Assembly: GCA_051362555.1 (NCBI GenBank)
Contig: CM120640.1
Location: 56,522,788-56,586,787 of the forward strand
Direction of reading: 5' to 3'
DNA length: 64,000 nt
Source: Lingula anatina
Taxonomy: Eukaryota; Animalia; Brachiopoda
The notes under the pieces are model-generated. The model was not told where the DNA came from. It saw nothing but the letters and a program-made list of their open reading frames with translations, and ran no database searches. This document shows positions 39,501 to 53,600 of the stretch, piece after piece. The stretch's first letter is position 1; every line of letters starts with the position of its first letter. Both the position numbers and the translations under genes were made by a program.

Positions 39501-42500
39501 TATCTAATAAAATGGAGAAAAATAATAGACCCTGTTTCATGTGACAAAGAGCAATATAGAGTACATGTGCAGGTAAGCTATCATGTACATCATATTCTAA
39601 GCTTACATATAGTAGCAATCCATCCATAGTCACTTACATTGAGATATGTGTAAGGTTCATGCATTTCCACAGTGAGATCATCATCTTCGGCACTAATGTA
39701 TTTGGCCAGCAAGTCTATGGGTTTGGCTTTGGGGAGAAAATAAAAAGGAAATAAATTAAACAACAAATAAACATTTTTTATCTTATCATTTCTTAAAGAA
39801 TATCATGTTATCTTACTATTATTTATAATAGATAGATAAATAAAGTTATATCAAACCTAAAGGACCTCAAGTATCGTGTAATCATCTGGACTTATGATTT
39901 TTCTTATTTCTCAAATATTAATAGTAAATAAAAATAAAAATAACAATTCTGTGATCACTGGTTATTAAAATTACTTCATCTCTTAGAAGTTTCACTGCTG
40001 TCACTGATAGATTTGATGTAACTAACAGTGTATGAAAGTACAAGGAACACTCTCCTCTGGTAAACTTAAATAAATATTAAGATTTTAATTCTTTTCAGAA
40101 ACTGGAAGTTGGTTAGGTTCTTGGAGAACTGATGTGATATGATCATGATGGAGAGTTTTGATAGTAACTATTTTGAAGTCCTTAGGAATAACTCCATTAT
40201 GAAGAGATGCACTGAATAATGCATTGATGATAGGGCCCAGTAATAGTATACTTGTATGCTGGGTCCTAGATAGCACATTGATGTAATGTAACACCTCACA
40301 GAATGTAATCTACAGTGAGATCAGTAAGAAGAATATCAGAAAATATTGGCTTCAATTCACTTATCAGATTTGAGATTGTCATCATTTAACAACTACGTAA
40401 AGGGGTTCAAAGGAAAAGTTTGTGATAGTCAACTTACCTCTGCCATCCTCTATTCTTATTTTCGACCTCAGCTTAGCTTGTTGTAAGTGGAACTGCAAGA
40501 CCAATTAAATCAAATTTTAAGAAAATTTAACAAATGCAGTTAGTAGTTACAGCACCATTAATTTTAAATAAAAAACATCACTTAAGGTGACTAATTTCCC
40601 TCTGGTACAGCTTTGTAAGCAGAGAAAATGAAGTGGCCCTAACCTGTTTACATGTTAACACCTTGACTAACACACACACTATTACATAATTATAGAAGAA
40701 GGGCAGATTAAGTGTATGCTCTACAGGAGTTAAAATCTCTCTTTAGAAGACATTTTGACACATTTTGTTTCTGGCAAAAAAATACTTTTTCTCCAAATTT
40801 ATTTTAAATGGATTAACTGATCAATTTAGACCATTCTGTAGACAATGTTAAATTTTCAACAGTCAAAATAGCTTTTCTTCAATGAAAATTTATTAAGCTG
40901 GCACTAGCTCTTTGCTGTTCTATTTGGTTAATTAAGGTAAAAGTTGGCCAAAATCAGAAGTGCTCTATCAGTGTAATTTTATAAAGGTATTGTAAATCTA
41001 TGCTGGTATTCCACACTTACAGTATCTTCTTGTCTTTCCCAGGCTTTGTAGTAGTCTGATTCTTTGTCCCTCTGCATCATTTCCTAAAAAACAGCACAAT
41101 TATCAATAAAAGCTAATAGAGGATTAAATGTTCTTTGTGATATTTCTTTCGAGAGAAATGCCAAAAAGGGGACAAAAGATAGACCAACATACCCTTTCTT
41201 TTTCTCTTTCTTCTCTTTCTTTTTCTCTTTCAAGCCTCCTCTTTTTCACTTTTTCCAGCTCTCTCTACAATGTAAACATGAATATCATAAGTGCATACAG
41301 CACTGAATATTGATTAAGACAAATAATACAGGCACAGTAGATTAAGTGAGAATTATCTTGTGTTTCCATTTAAAAATATCAAATAAACCAGAAATGCTGA
41401 TTATTAATGTAAATGGTTTAAGACATGTCTAACAAACTGGTTGATATTCTTTATCCAATATATTTGCTCATCATATATTAGGTTTCTGCTTTTGTGTACA
41501 TTAAGTCTACAAATTACTTTAGTGTCTTCCATCTGTTGCCTCTGATACGTATGAAACTCTTCATCCTTCTTTCCAGTTTTCTCTAGTTTCTTCTGCCAAA
41601 CAAAAGTATTCAAGAGACGTTCATCACCAAAGGGGTTGTCCTCATTTGTGTATCCTAGATATTCCTCATCCCATCCCATTTGCTGCTTCATTTTACGTGC
41701 CTTTACCTCCTACCAATTTGATGAAAACGTTCAGAGCAATGGAATATAATGACCTTTTCAAAATTATTTTTTTTGTCAGTTACTGAGCAACAGATGTTGG
41801 AAGCATGAAGATATTTATCTACTATTATAGTTATGTAAATGCATTACATCTACTTGCAAACATACAAATTCATATCGTAAAAATTAAATCTATCTATTAC
41901 ATTATCTAAAATTAAAGCTTTTTGGAAATTATTACCAACTGTTTACCTTTTTAGCCAATCGCCTAGCCCTTTTCTCCTCTGGAGTTTCTAATGCTTTAAG
42001 AAGTTCTTTTTGCTTCCTGAAACAAACATCTTTCAAATAAAATACAAATAAAGCATAGGGATTTGATTTGTCATAAAATACAACAATGAACATTGTCAAA
42101 ATTTTACTTTGCTTCAAAGAGGAAAAGCAAAATGTCATACTGTTTCTCTTCTTTTGTCATATTGTTCCAGTTCGGTTCATCAGGTTCCCTCTGCTCTCTA
42201 TTATTCTTGCTAGATCTACTCCTCTCCCTTGACCTTGATCTTGATCTTCTTTTCTTTTTGGACGATTTTTCATGTGATCTGGACCTTTCTCTGTGTCTTT
42301 TGTGTTTTCTGTACTTTTCATCATCTGAAGACATGTCTGAAGAACCATCAGATACCTCTGAAGAATCAGATCTGAATGAAAGAGTTCAAAGAAAACAACT
42401 GTAAAACATAAACATATAATTTGCAATCTGGGCATCATAATGATAAACCAAAATGTTAATTTAATGAAAGCATCTGGTACACAACCTTAAATGAATTTTT

Positions 42501-44696
42501 AAAAAAATTCAAATATGATATTTATTGGGTCTAAACTAATTCTTTTTAAAAGTATTTTCAACCCTTTTTAGCCTTCACACAGGAACTCATGCAGAAACCC
42601 TGCAACAGATTGATTAATGAGTGTGAGGGAAATAGGATCTCATACATGCGCAAGAACAATCCAAAGGAATTTTTCAAGAAATTTAGAAAAAGGACAAGCA
42701 CTAACAATAATGGACTGGAAGCAGACGACTTTTTCCTACATTTTAAAAACCTTTGTCAGACGACCAACCTGCCAATAACCGTGCTCTGAACAATGCAGAT
42801 GAATACTTGACACGCGCTATATTCGAAGAGCTTGATGAAGAATTTACTAACAAGGAAATAAAAGCAGTTGTTCAAAACAGCCGAGGTCTAGATCATACTT
42901 TCAATGAGTTTTATAAAAGATTCCAACACATAAACATACCACTCATTCACCAAACTATTTAATAAGATTTTAGAGATTGGTATCTTTCCGACAGTGTGGA
43001 AAAAGCCATAATGGTACCTATATTTGAAAAAGGGGATCCTACAAACGCTGGCAATTATAGAGTTATTTCACTTCTAAGTCATACAGCAAAAATATTCACC
43101 TCTGTAATCAATAATAGACTAATGAAATGGAGTGCCAACCATGATGCAATATCTGACAGTCAATACGGGTTTAAACCAGGGAGTAGGACATGGGACGCCA
43201 TTTTTTCCCTGTGTGGAGTAATTGCTGACATGCTTAGAAGGAAAAAGCAATTATATTGTTGCTTCGTGGATTACGTGAAAGTGTTTGATTCAGTTACTAG
43301 AAATTTATTATGGGGAAAACTAATAAAAGAGGGACTTACTGGAAAGCTGCTAAAAATAATTGTTAGTTTATATACTGAATTTTAAGCATGTGTTAGAAAT
43401 AAGGGCCCGAATAGCACTTACTTTGATGTTGACATAGGTCTACCCCAGGGGGAGGCACTATCACCTCTGATGTATTCTATTTAGGTGAATGACCTTGAGA
43501 GCTTCCTGTTCTCAGAGAAGTGTAATGGGTTGCAGTTAAGGGATTTGAATCTGTACTTATAGCTCTATGCAGATGACCTGTATTATTTTCAGAATCTGTC
43601 ACAGAACTCCAAAATATGTTAGACAAACTCAAACTATATTCAGATGATTGGACAAATCTTATATTGTAGTGTTCAGAAATGGTGGCTTTGTGGCAGACCA
43701 TGAAAACTGGCATTATAATGGTAAAAAATTGGAGGTTGTGAATCATTTTTTATACTTAGGACTGGTCATAATTATAATGGAAAATTCGGCCTCACTCAGA
43801 AGTCTATTGCAAGTCAAGGCACTCCAAAAGCTATGTATGGAGCAAGAAACTCATGTCCGAACATGAAAATTAATGTCGAAACAGAGATTTTTCTTTTTGA
43901 CACTTATGTATTACCAATTATGTTCTACTCGATTGTGCAAGAGAAACATGGGGTTTTCACAGGTCTCATGAAATAGAAAAAGTTCATCTGCACTTTTGTA
44001 AATTACTATTGGGGATAAACAAAAAAGCTACAACGGCAGTGGTATACAGTGAATTGGGAGGATTGCTTCAAAAACTCAATAGATACATTAGTATTGTGAA
44101 ATATTGGCTGAAACTCTTGACTACTGACAATTGCATTTTAAATGGTGTTTACTTGAATCTTCTTGAGACTTGTACTGTAATGACCATGAAAATTGGGCTA
44201 CAGCAGTAAGAAGATTATTATCAAATCTTCATATTCACATTCATTAAGACCACACTAACCACTACACTCTCCAATGTGTAATTCATTAAGTGTCTGCTCT
44301 TCTGCGGCTGGAGATAGTTGTTGTTTAATTAAAAACTTTTTAAAAAGGAAAATGCAACACACGTTTCCAAAGTCTGTACAAATTATTAAAATTGTGTGCT
44401 TCTAAAGTTTCCAAGATGCCCCAAGGGCTGACAGTGGTGATGGTACAGGGCATTTAATTACAGTTGTTGTTGAATGGCGATGTATTAGGTTTATGATTGT
44501 TTTAAGTTATTGAAATTCAAATGAATCTTGTATTGTAACATACTAACAATGCTAACAAATCGGGGACTTTGGTAAGCCATTGATTACGTGTTTTTCAAAT
44601 TGCCCTTATATCTACAGACCTTTTTCTCCTCTTTCTTTCTATTGAATCTCGTGATCTAGATCGTCTCCTTTGTTTCTTCTTGTCTCTGTTTCCCAT
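35663..44696 (-). CDS. CACTIN: Splicing factor cactin, 18 coding exons
   Basis: Exons 44620-44696, 42141-42371, 41947-42016, 41518-41709, 41193-41264, 41021-41083, 40438-40492, 39638-39726, 39220-39373, 38870-39016, 38501-38610, 38110-38345, 37766-37955, 37336-37494, 36659-36742, 36383-36433, 36164-36226, 35663-35788. RS-rich N-terminus, ETPEEKRARRLAKK, YTNEDNPFGD, WSDKYRPRKPRFFNRVHTGFEWNKYNQTHYD, FQLWFHFKRYRYRR*. Confidence 0.96.
40085..40330 (-). mobile_element. Small decayed L2/CR1-type LINE fragment
   Basis: Peptides IINALFSASLHNGVIPKDFK and DHITSVLQEPNQLPV resemble L2 ORF2 motifs (IINxSLxxGxFP; HITPVLxxLHWLPV). Confidence 0.5.
42585..44240 (+). mobile_element. Decayed CR1/L2-clade LINE reverse transcriptase, antisense in CACTIN intron 1
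   Basis: VPIFEKGDPTNAGNYRVISLL, QYGFKPG, CFVDYVKVFDSV, GLPQGEALSP, LYADD (~43563), LEVVNHFLYLG, VYSELG; broken by stops and frameshifts. Confidence 0.9.
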
Positions 44697-44937
44697 TTCA
44701 CAACAAAACAAGATCAGGCTAACTAAAACGTTGAAGAGATGAGCACGCCGGAAGTTTTCTTTCGATCGAATCGCAATGCATTGTGGACATTTCCGGTGGG
44801 AAAAAAATTTGGAAGGGTAACCAACGACGCTGACTGATGTTCCCTTTCAACGCCTTTACCATGTAATAAAGTCACAACCACGAACATTCGAGTAGAACAG
44901 ATGTAAAGATTAAAAAAGCAATCTGACTTACCGAACA
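44697..44937. promoter_or_regulatory. Bidirectional promoter CACTIN/uncharacterised gene
   Basis: 241 bp between divergent ATGs; GCCGGAAGT (~44747) and TTTCCGGT (~44790); possible X-box-like GTAACCAACGAC (~44817). Confidence 0.65.
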
Positions 44938-46447
44938 ATGGCTTTGCAAATTGATGATCAAGATTCAAAACCGACGGATATGGCAGACGCAGGCATTCAG
45001 GCAACGAACACCAACAAAGTCGACATTCCAGCAATGGATGACTTACTGCAAGACCTAGAGACTCTAGATCTGACTGAAGAAGAAACTGAAAACCTGTTAG
45101 GAGAAGCACAGCGAATTAATAAGATATTAAAAGCCAAATTAAAAGAACAAGAAATGCAAGAAGCTGAGATACAGAGTCAGAAAAGGAGGAATTTACCACC
45201 GATTGAAAGAAGTCAGCTTTCTTCTGCAAAAAAGTTGTATGGAACCTCAGTTACGAGAGTGTCGAAATCGGGATCTAGCTGCTCAAGGTCAAGCCCAAGC
45301 AAACTGTTGGGGGTAATTATATGACATAATGACATAATTTGCCCAATATTGGCTGAGAAGAAGCAGTGCATTAAGAATATTGTTAGCCTTTATTACCATC
45401 CAGGCACCGATAACGAGTTTTTTCCTTCATCTAATTATTCAATAATGCATGTATCTTTGTGCTGATTTAAAACAATGAAAAAACTCTTGAATATATAAAA
45501 TATTGTTGTTTATGTTTTTTTTTCATTGCAATGTTTAAGCATAGGCAACTCAAAGCTTTAGTAGTCTTTTTAACACCAATTTTGAGGTGACATAGCAGGT
45601 ATGGGGCGTAACTTCATCCCTGAACAAAATTTTATCATGAGAATTGGCATAGTGGACCGCAAGAGTATGAGCTACAATCCCGTTTTCAGCGTTTTGGTTT
45701 AAATGTTTTTGTTATGGAGTTATGAACCACTGGTTATAGATTTTCATTAAACAAAGGCATTATTTTGCTTTATCAGCAATTATATCTTAACTAAGACTTA
45801 AAAGAAAAATTGCTGGCAGGGTTTTGGAGCACTATATGGTGTCATTAAATTGGCATTGAAAAGGTGATCATGGATGCCCAGGTAAAAGAAAAATTTGAGA
45901 AACTGATTTTACAGTTTTTACCCCAAAATCGCAATTATGATGTCACCCAGAAGATGACATGAGTAAATGTTACTTAATAGTCACTGATCACTGAAGATTT
46001 ATGTACATATTACCCAAAAGAATGTATGTAAGGCAGTGAGTAAATAAGGAGTTTTGGGCAAAGGGTGACAATATCCTTAGCACTATTAATGAATTTAGTA
46101 TATATTTTTCAATTAAGGAAGTATGTAATTCCTTGGTTAAATGCATCACTAAATATTGTGTATGATGAACAAAGCATATAAGATTATTTTTTTCTTGAGA
46201 CTAATCCAGAACTTTGTTGCAATTAATTGAGAATTATTTCAATTGTCATTATTTGTAGCATTATTTAGTATTCACTATACATATCCTGGTTTGATAATGC
46301 TTTTTTTTTAATTTTCAGGAACAAGCTAGACCCAAGTCGTTAGATAGTGCCAGAGTTAAAGCTCATTCAAAGACTGCTCAAAAGGGGAAAAAGCAGGAGT
46401 CTCAAGGTGGAAAACAACCTTGGAATGACAGATTTTCATATGAATGA
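44938..46447 (+). CDS. Uncharacterised two-exon protein, 167 aa
   Basis: Exon 44938-45312 (GGG|GTAATT) plus exon 46319-46447 (TTTCAG|, EQARPKSLDSARV...QPWNDRFSYE*), phase 0. AATAAA at 46678. Divergent from CACTIN. Confidence 0.75.
45375..46076. mobile_element. Old Kolobok-like non-autonomous element in an intron
   Basis: TTAA|GAATATTGTTAGCC ... GGGTGACAATATCC|TTAG imperfect TIR/TSD. Confidence 0.5.
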
Positions 46448-48802
46448 CAGGGTGGTGCAATAGGTTTCTTGAAAAGACCAATTTTTAACTCTTAACATTC
46501 CAACCTCATGTAAAAAAAAAAAATCAAAATTGATATTTTTCAGAAATTATTTTTAATGGTTTATATAAAGCCACTTGTTGCATTACTGGACTGCTGTGAA
46601 CCAAGATGGTAACTTTCTATTGGAGTTGAGGTGTGACTATTTCTTTGTAAATTTCATGTACACAGTCTTACTGTAACAATAAAATGTATGGTGCCAAAGT
46701 ATTTCAAAAGGTTTTATACCAGACTTTTGTCTCAAAACTTCCCTTTTTAAACAATCTGTCCCAATTCCCAAAGGCATGCCACCATTAAATTTAAGAAATC
46801 TCTAGCCTTCTCATTAAGTGAAAATCAAATACTGCAACTATGCATTTCCTCTAAATGATATAAATTGACTTAACTTGACTTTTTCTAAATATTTCAAATA
46901 AAAATGAAATTTTAGTACTCAGTATAAGCAAAGTTTATTATTATGGGTACAAAACACTGTACATGAGTTTTTACAATTCATTAACCGAAACAATTTCAGC
47001 CATACCACCTCAACACAGCATTGGTCTGGTGCACGGTTTCCATTCATTTCAAAACACCCAAATATAATAATACATAAATACTACTTAACTGCACATGTAT
47101 GTTCATAATCCTAATCCAAGTCCTGCCCAAAACTTGTGTACTTATATTTGCAATTACAATGTGCTCTGACTGAAATAATTTCCTCACAAGACAAAGATCA
47201 CAAAACATTTTTGCCAATTTTCAAGTAACACACCCAGTAAATGAAATAAAGGTGGAATTTACCTGTATTTCAAACTTTCATCTGGTATATCTAAAAACAC
47301 ACTATATCCAGTATCCTGCAGTCAATTCAAGACTACCCGCTGCTGTCATTCATTGCATTTTGACATACCCAGTAGCAGCAATGAATATTCTTTATGACAA
47401 ACACAACAAAAAATATATATATATATATATTGTACCCAATACTTGTATCAAATTGAACTCTAGACTGAAGTCCTGGGTTCTAAATTTATCTACATGGAAA
47501 ATGTATTTATTAACATTGCTATGACTTTTTTTGACAAAATCAGCAATCGGCCAAGCAGTACCAAAGCCTCTACTAAGCGGTATTGAAACAAAAAGAAAAA
47601 AAAAAGAAAGAACCTTTTTCCATAAAGTAACATAACCAATAGCCTGTCTTATATGTAAAAGGGTCATCTAATAAAGCCCCTGCCCACCCCTTCACTTAAC
47701 AGCAGGAAGCAAACTTATGAAGAAATTGTGAAAGTGAATACCCCCCCCCCCCCCAAAGTGGACCAGTCCAGACTGGATCAATTAAGTATATAGCTTGATG
47801 TGAAAAGGGCCTTTGTCTCTAGAAAATTTGGCCCAGCCTCTTTCATAGACAAGATGCATTCCTAATTTATCTATTGCTTAATATCTGTATCTTACAGCAA
47901 CTTAGAACAAGATCTCATAACAGGTAAATGACGTCCCTTATAAAGAGACATATCAACAACTAGCAATTTTGGATGAAAATACTTTAAAAACAGCACTGTA
48001 TTTTGTAACTTTGGCTATAACATTAACTATCCTTTGATCTACATCCTTCATTTACATTAGTCTTAATGGGAAACATTACTATTTTGTGGTCTGCAGACCT
48101 GTTACTTCATTGTTACAATATTAGACCCATCATAGAATGCCTAAAACACTGTTTACAATGTTCATCCTTGGTTCAAAAAATACAAAAAATAACAACTTGA
48201 AGTTTAATGTGACCTAAACATTCACTCAGCCCTTTAAAGATTTTTTTCCTTGCAAATGAGGCCCGAACTTTTTCATATGTTGATATTTAACTTCTTGCTC
48301 ATAGGAAGAACATTAATACAAGGGCACATATGGATGATATACAACATGATATTATTGGTGAAACTACTTTGGCATCTAAAGGATTGCAACAAAAATTATA
48401 TTCTAAGGTACACATTCTTTCCTTTGTGAAGTACCATCTGTGAAGTAATCATCTGTGACCACTACTAACAATGTCATTCATGAAGAATGCTAAATAAGCA
48501 GCAAATAAAGAAGATTGTGTAAATTGTAAACATTCACATATTTGAAAATGCAAAATAATCTCCAATATGTACTGTTCAGAATGAGAAAGAAAAAGTAACA
48601 TACAAATGTAAAAACCAGTTATGTGTCAACATCTTTTATGTCTTCCATGTAACAACACATCCATCTATATTGGTGTTCTCTGCAAGCTGTTCTATTACTG
48701 ACACAAGCTTTCAAACATACAGGTTGACAGTGTATTTGTAATCAGCAATGTATTGTCACAGCCTCTGCATTGACAAATGTTCCAAATATTCAGTGCTGTT
48801 TC

Positions 48803-50475
48803 TCATGATGTTGATACCAGTTTACTTTGCACCAAGGATGACTTCCTGTGTGGGACAGAATCAGGTGTTGGAATCTCATCACCAGTAACTTCCTGAAGTA
48901 GTGCCTGTTTAGTTTCCTCTGCTTGTTGGGGGGCAAGGACTTTCTTCTTATTCACTATGGCCTTGGCCATATTATAATCTCCAGAGTCAAAGTATTTCTG
49001 CAAACAATAATTAAAATGTATAAAACATTCAATTACTGTTATAATTTATTATTTTTTTACACTATATTTTTAACACTAAGGTAATTTACTGTTTAATATT
49101 ATGAAGTTTCATCAAAATCCATCACAAATAATTTCATTGGTAAAGCACCCATTTTCTGCACCATTAAATTAAAGAAAAATACATTTATTTTAGACAAACC
49201 AATTAGTTAGGTACAACTAGACAGCAAAGCTGGCAAAAATACACACACCACACAGGAAACAAGGCAGCAAAGCTGAAAAATGTTCAGACATTCAGAAAAG
49301 AGTGCACCAAATGTTTTGGCCAATTTTGATGCACTATTACATAATGCTTTAAAACAGCATAATCACTCTTAATCTCTTACATCATGTACTACAGGTAACA
49401 TGGACACTGAAAAACTAGTAAGTGATTCAGTTTCATGGCCAATAAAAACCATTTGTCTGTATATAAAAATGACACACACACACATACACAAAATCATACC
49501 GCTTTGTGTAATCTTTTTTGTAACAGAGCTGAGGCCCCTCCTCTTCCTGCTTTCATGTTTGGATATTTGGCTTTTAATTTAGCCTCTTCAATCTGCATCA
49601 GTGTCTGTCCACTCTTAAAAATAAGACCAAACAAATACATCAAAGGTGCAGTTAACACCATATTTTTTATCAAGAACAAAGCTGTTGTTTTTAACCCAAC
49701 TGATGCAGAAATGCTCCAGGGTGTGGATTTTGTTTACCTTTGACAAATTCAAGAATAAATGATAAATGATAGTTGATTACTCCCTAAAAGCTTCAGAAGA
49801 CATCAAGCCAGACATCAAGGTCGCTTTAGTGATTGCAAGTAAGTGAGAATCCCCTTGGAGATGGACCGATCCCGCTAGACAGTATGGGAATGTGGTCAAA
49901 TACACTTGTCACTTTCTCTACTCATTATCACATATGAACAGAGTTGGTTTTTATATCTACTTTAATATCTATGTTATTGACAAACAAATGCCAAACAGTG
50001 AAAATTAATGAATCATTTTATTTCCCATCAACTGATTTAAGAAGGGCTTAAATCTTGCTTTAAATTGCTAAAAGTCCATGGGTATAAATACTGTGATCAC
50101 ACTGAGTTAGAAAGGACAGCAAAATTATTTCAAATAAAATAGCTGCACTATAATTAAAGGAGGTCGATCTTTGATGCTGCAAGCATTCCCTGGTTCTATA
50201 ACATAAAACTAAAAAAACACCGAAATAAAACAATTTACTGTGAGCCAAAAAATTGGATTACGATAAGGTCTTACCAAAACAATTTTCCACACTAACAGAT
50301 GAACAAGAAGCTCGCTAATTTGCATTCATCAGGTTGGTTCCAACCAGTTGATAAATAGCTAATCGAAACTATACTGTTAAAAACCAACTCTGTACACATT
50401 AAATCTTCCTTAAATTACCTCTTGGGAAGAATCTGAGGATACGGTAGAGCTCCTAACCTCAGCCGACGGCTCCAT
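48803..50475 (-). CDS. ENSA: Alpha-endosulfine / ARPP19 family, ~121 aa
   Basis: Exons 50419-50475, 49500-49613 ([10 protein letters not shown]...[11 protein letters not shown]), 48803-48997 ([13 protein letters not shown]...[19 protein letters not shown]). Contains the Greatwall site FDSGDY and the PKA site RKSS. Confidence 0.95.
49256..49400 (-). mobile_element. Relic 3' end of HINE family B in an ENSA intron
   Basis: AAACAAGGCAGCAAAGCTGAAAAATGTTCAGACA...CAATTTTGATGCA matches 31682-31770. Confidence 0.7.
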
Positions 50476-50695
50476 TTTACTTCTAATCAACGTACTTCAC
50501 AAGACTTCGTACTCAATATGGCAGCTATGGAAATGACGTCAGATAGTTGCTCAAAGTACTTCCTGTAGAATATTAACCAATGGCATTTTATAACTTTCAG
50601 CATTCGGCACAGTGAATCCAACATGTCGCTGTCGTGAGAGGTCTTTTTAAATTTTGAAGATATGAAAGTGTAAAGAAGTAGATCAACTTGTGACC
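50476..50695. promoter_or_regulatory. Bidirectional promoter ENSA/PIGO
   Basis: 220 bp between divergent ATGs; perfect CRE TGACGTCA (50534-50541), YY1-like AATATGGCAGC (~50515), ETS-type ACTTCCTG (~50557). Confidence 0.7.
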
Positions 50696-53600
50696 ATGGG
50701 ACTAAAAGCAAGAATGTGGATATTGTTCATCCTTATTTCAATAATATATGCGGGTGGAATATTAATATTCATCAAAGGCTTTCTTTTAAAGCGATCAGTT
50801 GTACTGAAAAATAACACTTGCCATGTAGACTTCACGATGAAGGTGGATAATCACGAGGAAGAAGGATGTTGGATGCATAGGCGGTTTCAGAAGGCAATTG
50901 TCATAATTATAGACGCTTTAAGGTTTGATTTTGCTTATTATAATACATCGATAATTAAGGGCCAAGAACTTCCTTTTGAAAACAAGCTAAAAATCATCCA
51001 CGAGAAGCTAATTCATTCTCCTCAGAAATCACGACTGTACAGATTCATAGCAGATCCCCCAACCACAACCTTACAGAGACTCAAAGGCTTGACCACAGGC
51101 AGTCTTCCCACTTTTGTTGATGCTGGATCAAATTTTGCTAGTTCTGAAATTACTGAAGACAACATCATAGATCAGCTGAGACGACAACAAAAATCAATTG
51201 TCCAAATGGGAGATGATACATGGGAAGGTCTATTTCCCAATAGGTTTATTAGATCTTACCCCTTTCCCTCTTTTAATGTGAAAGACCTGCACACTGTGGA
51301 CAATGGTATTATAAAGAACTTGATTCCCGAGCTAAAGAAGTCTGGGTGGGACATGCTTATTGCCCATTTCCTTGGAGTTGATCACTGTGGACACCGCTTT
51401 GGACCATATCATCCAGTAATGGGAGAGAAACTTACACAGATGAATGATGTATTGAGGTAGATTTGGGCTTTTATGATGTGTTCTTTCATTATGGCTGATC
51501 AGTATAATTGAAAACTTTAACTTCTTAGTTTGATATTTTAAAACTTAGATTCACTATCAGATGGATTCTCATTGTCATAATTTAATTCAGATCTGTGATA
51601 AAAACCATGGACAATGACACTGTGTTGTTTGTGCTTGGAGACCATGGAATGACTAGGACAGGTGATCATGGGGGAGACAGTAAAGATGAAGTTGATGCAG
51701 CATTATTTGTGTACAGTCCATCAAAGTTAACAGAAACTGTGGCCCCAAAGGTATGAAATTCTCTCAGAGATTTTCAGTTTTCTTAAAATATATTCATGTA
51801 TTTTTTGTTTTGTTTTGCAGTTGACAAAAAATTCTAAGAACATTGATTAAATATATATGTGTGAGAAATGCAAGTGACAAATGTATTTTTATAAAATTGC
51901 CATGTCTGTATTTTAGCATCTTGATTACATTTTCCAGCTAGAAGATTCCCCATCTGTTTCACAGATTGACTTGGTTCCTACTATGTCTTTGCTTCTTGGA
52001 GTGCCAGTACCATTCTCCAACTTAGGAATGATCATTCCAGAATTATTTGACCACGGTCCCTGGGCTCAGGCAGGAACATCAGAAGTAAAGCAGGTGTTTC
52101 ACAAAATAAAAGCTCTAAGGTTGAATGCACATCAAGTGAAAGAATACCTTCACGCATATTCTTTAATATCTGAAGATTTTCCCAAACACCAATACAAAGA
52201 TTTAAATACATTATTTAGCTTGTCAGAAAATGAATTACAAAGACTGATCATGAACATTTACCATAATGGAGAACACGAGGATCTACTATCAAGGCTAGAA
52301 AAGCTGGAGACAAACTATAAATCTTACCTCACCAATGTAAGAGGAATGTGCCAAGGTATTTGGGCCAAGTTTGACACAACATCAATGTCTTTAGGTTTAT
52401 TCTTGACATGCTTCAGCATTGGCATAACTGTATTCCTGCTATTCCACACAAACAGTCAGGAAAGATTTGAAGTGGCTTTCTGGACCAGCACAGCTGTTTC
52501 AGGATGGAGCTCAGCATTTGTTGCTGTCCTTTGGTTCTCACTAATGGAGGCCAAAACTGCCATTATGCTAGGAACAATGTTCTTTGGATTCAGCATTATC
52601 TTGATTGTTGGATTCATTATTTACAAGTTAATGATGGCGAGGGGAAGTGAACAGTCCAGCACACCAAGTTTATCTGGGTACTTTTCCATACATGGAATAT
52701 GTGCAATTTTGATAACTTTCATGTACTTCTGTGGATTTTTTTCAAATAGTTATGTGGTTTTTGAGGATAGTATGTCATCCTTTCTACTTCAGTCATTACT
52801 GTGGATTCAAAGTACTTTTATTTATGCACAACAATGTGGAACTGAACCTTCAAAACAAATATCTGAAAAAAAGAGAGCAAAATTTGATATTTTTAGAACT
52901 TTGACAAATAGGAAGATGAAACCTTTATATCTAGCACTAACTTTTAACCTCTGTGTACGACTTTCAATGAACTTCAGGGCATGCAGAGAAGAACAGTGGA
53001 CCTGTGAAACCTCATCATTTTTACTTCCTTTGTCAAGTTTTACAGACAGCATACCATTGAAAAATGCAAGATATTTCTTTTCTGTTATTGCTATTATTTT
53101 ACCTTCCATAGGACTGAGATGGTTCCTTAAACATTATGGAAACCTAAATGGAAAGTCTCTCTTGGTGCTGAGTACAAAGTACTGTATTCCAATAGGCATG
53201 TTATTCATTGCATTATACTGGGCATTACAAGCTTTGCCACCACAAGTACTAGATTCACTGCCTGTAACTCGACTCTTTCCAAGAATTGTTTATGTGGCCA
53301 GTTTGATTACAATTGTAGCAGTTTTTGTGAACCCCCTCAGCATTTATATTTTACCAAAAGCAACAATGGAGTCCCACTATGAACCCACTGCTAAAATTTC
53401 CAACAATATAATTCCACAGATGTATAATCAAATGAAAGATTCATTGAATGAACTGTCAGAAAATGAGCACAAAACTACCAATGGTGCAGAAACTTCAGAT
53501 GACGTTGAACTGCCAGTTGTGTATGGCTTGGCCACTGTATATTCATCTGCTATGATAATATTTACTGCTGCAGTGACAGAGATATTGTACCTCCTGCTAG

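Noticed and set aside
44723-45109. 128-aa antisense ORF (likewise 29611-29943, 42093-42404, 52822-53109, 53428-53649)
   Set aside because: Shadow frames of real exons on the opposite strand.
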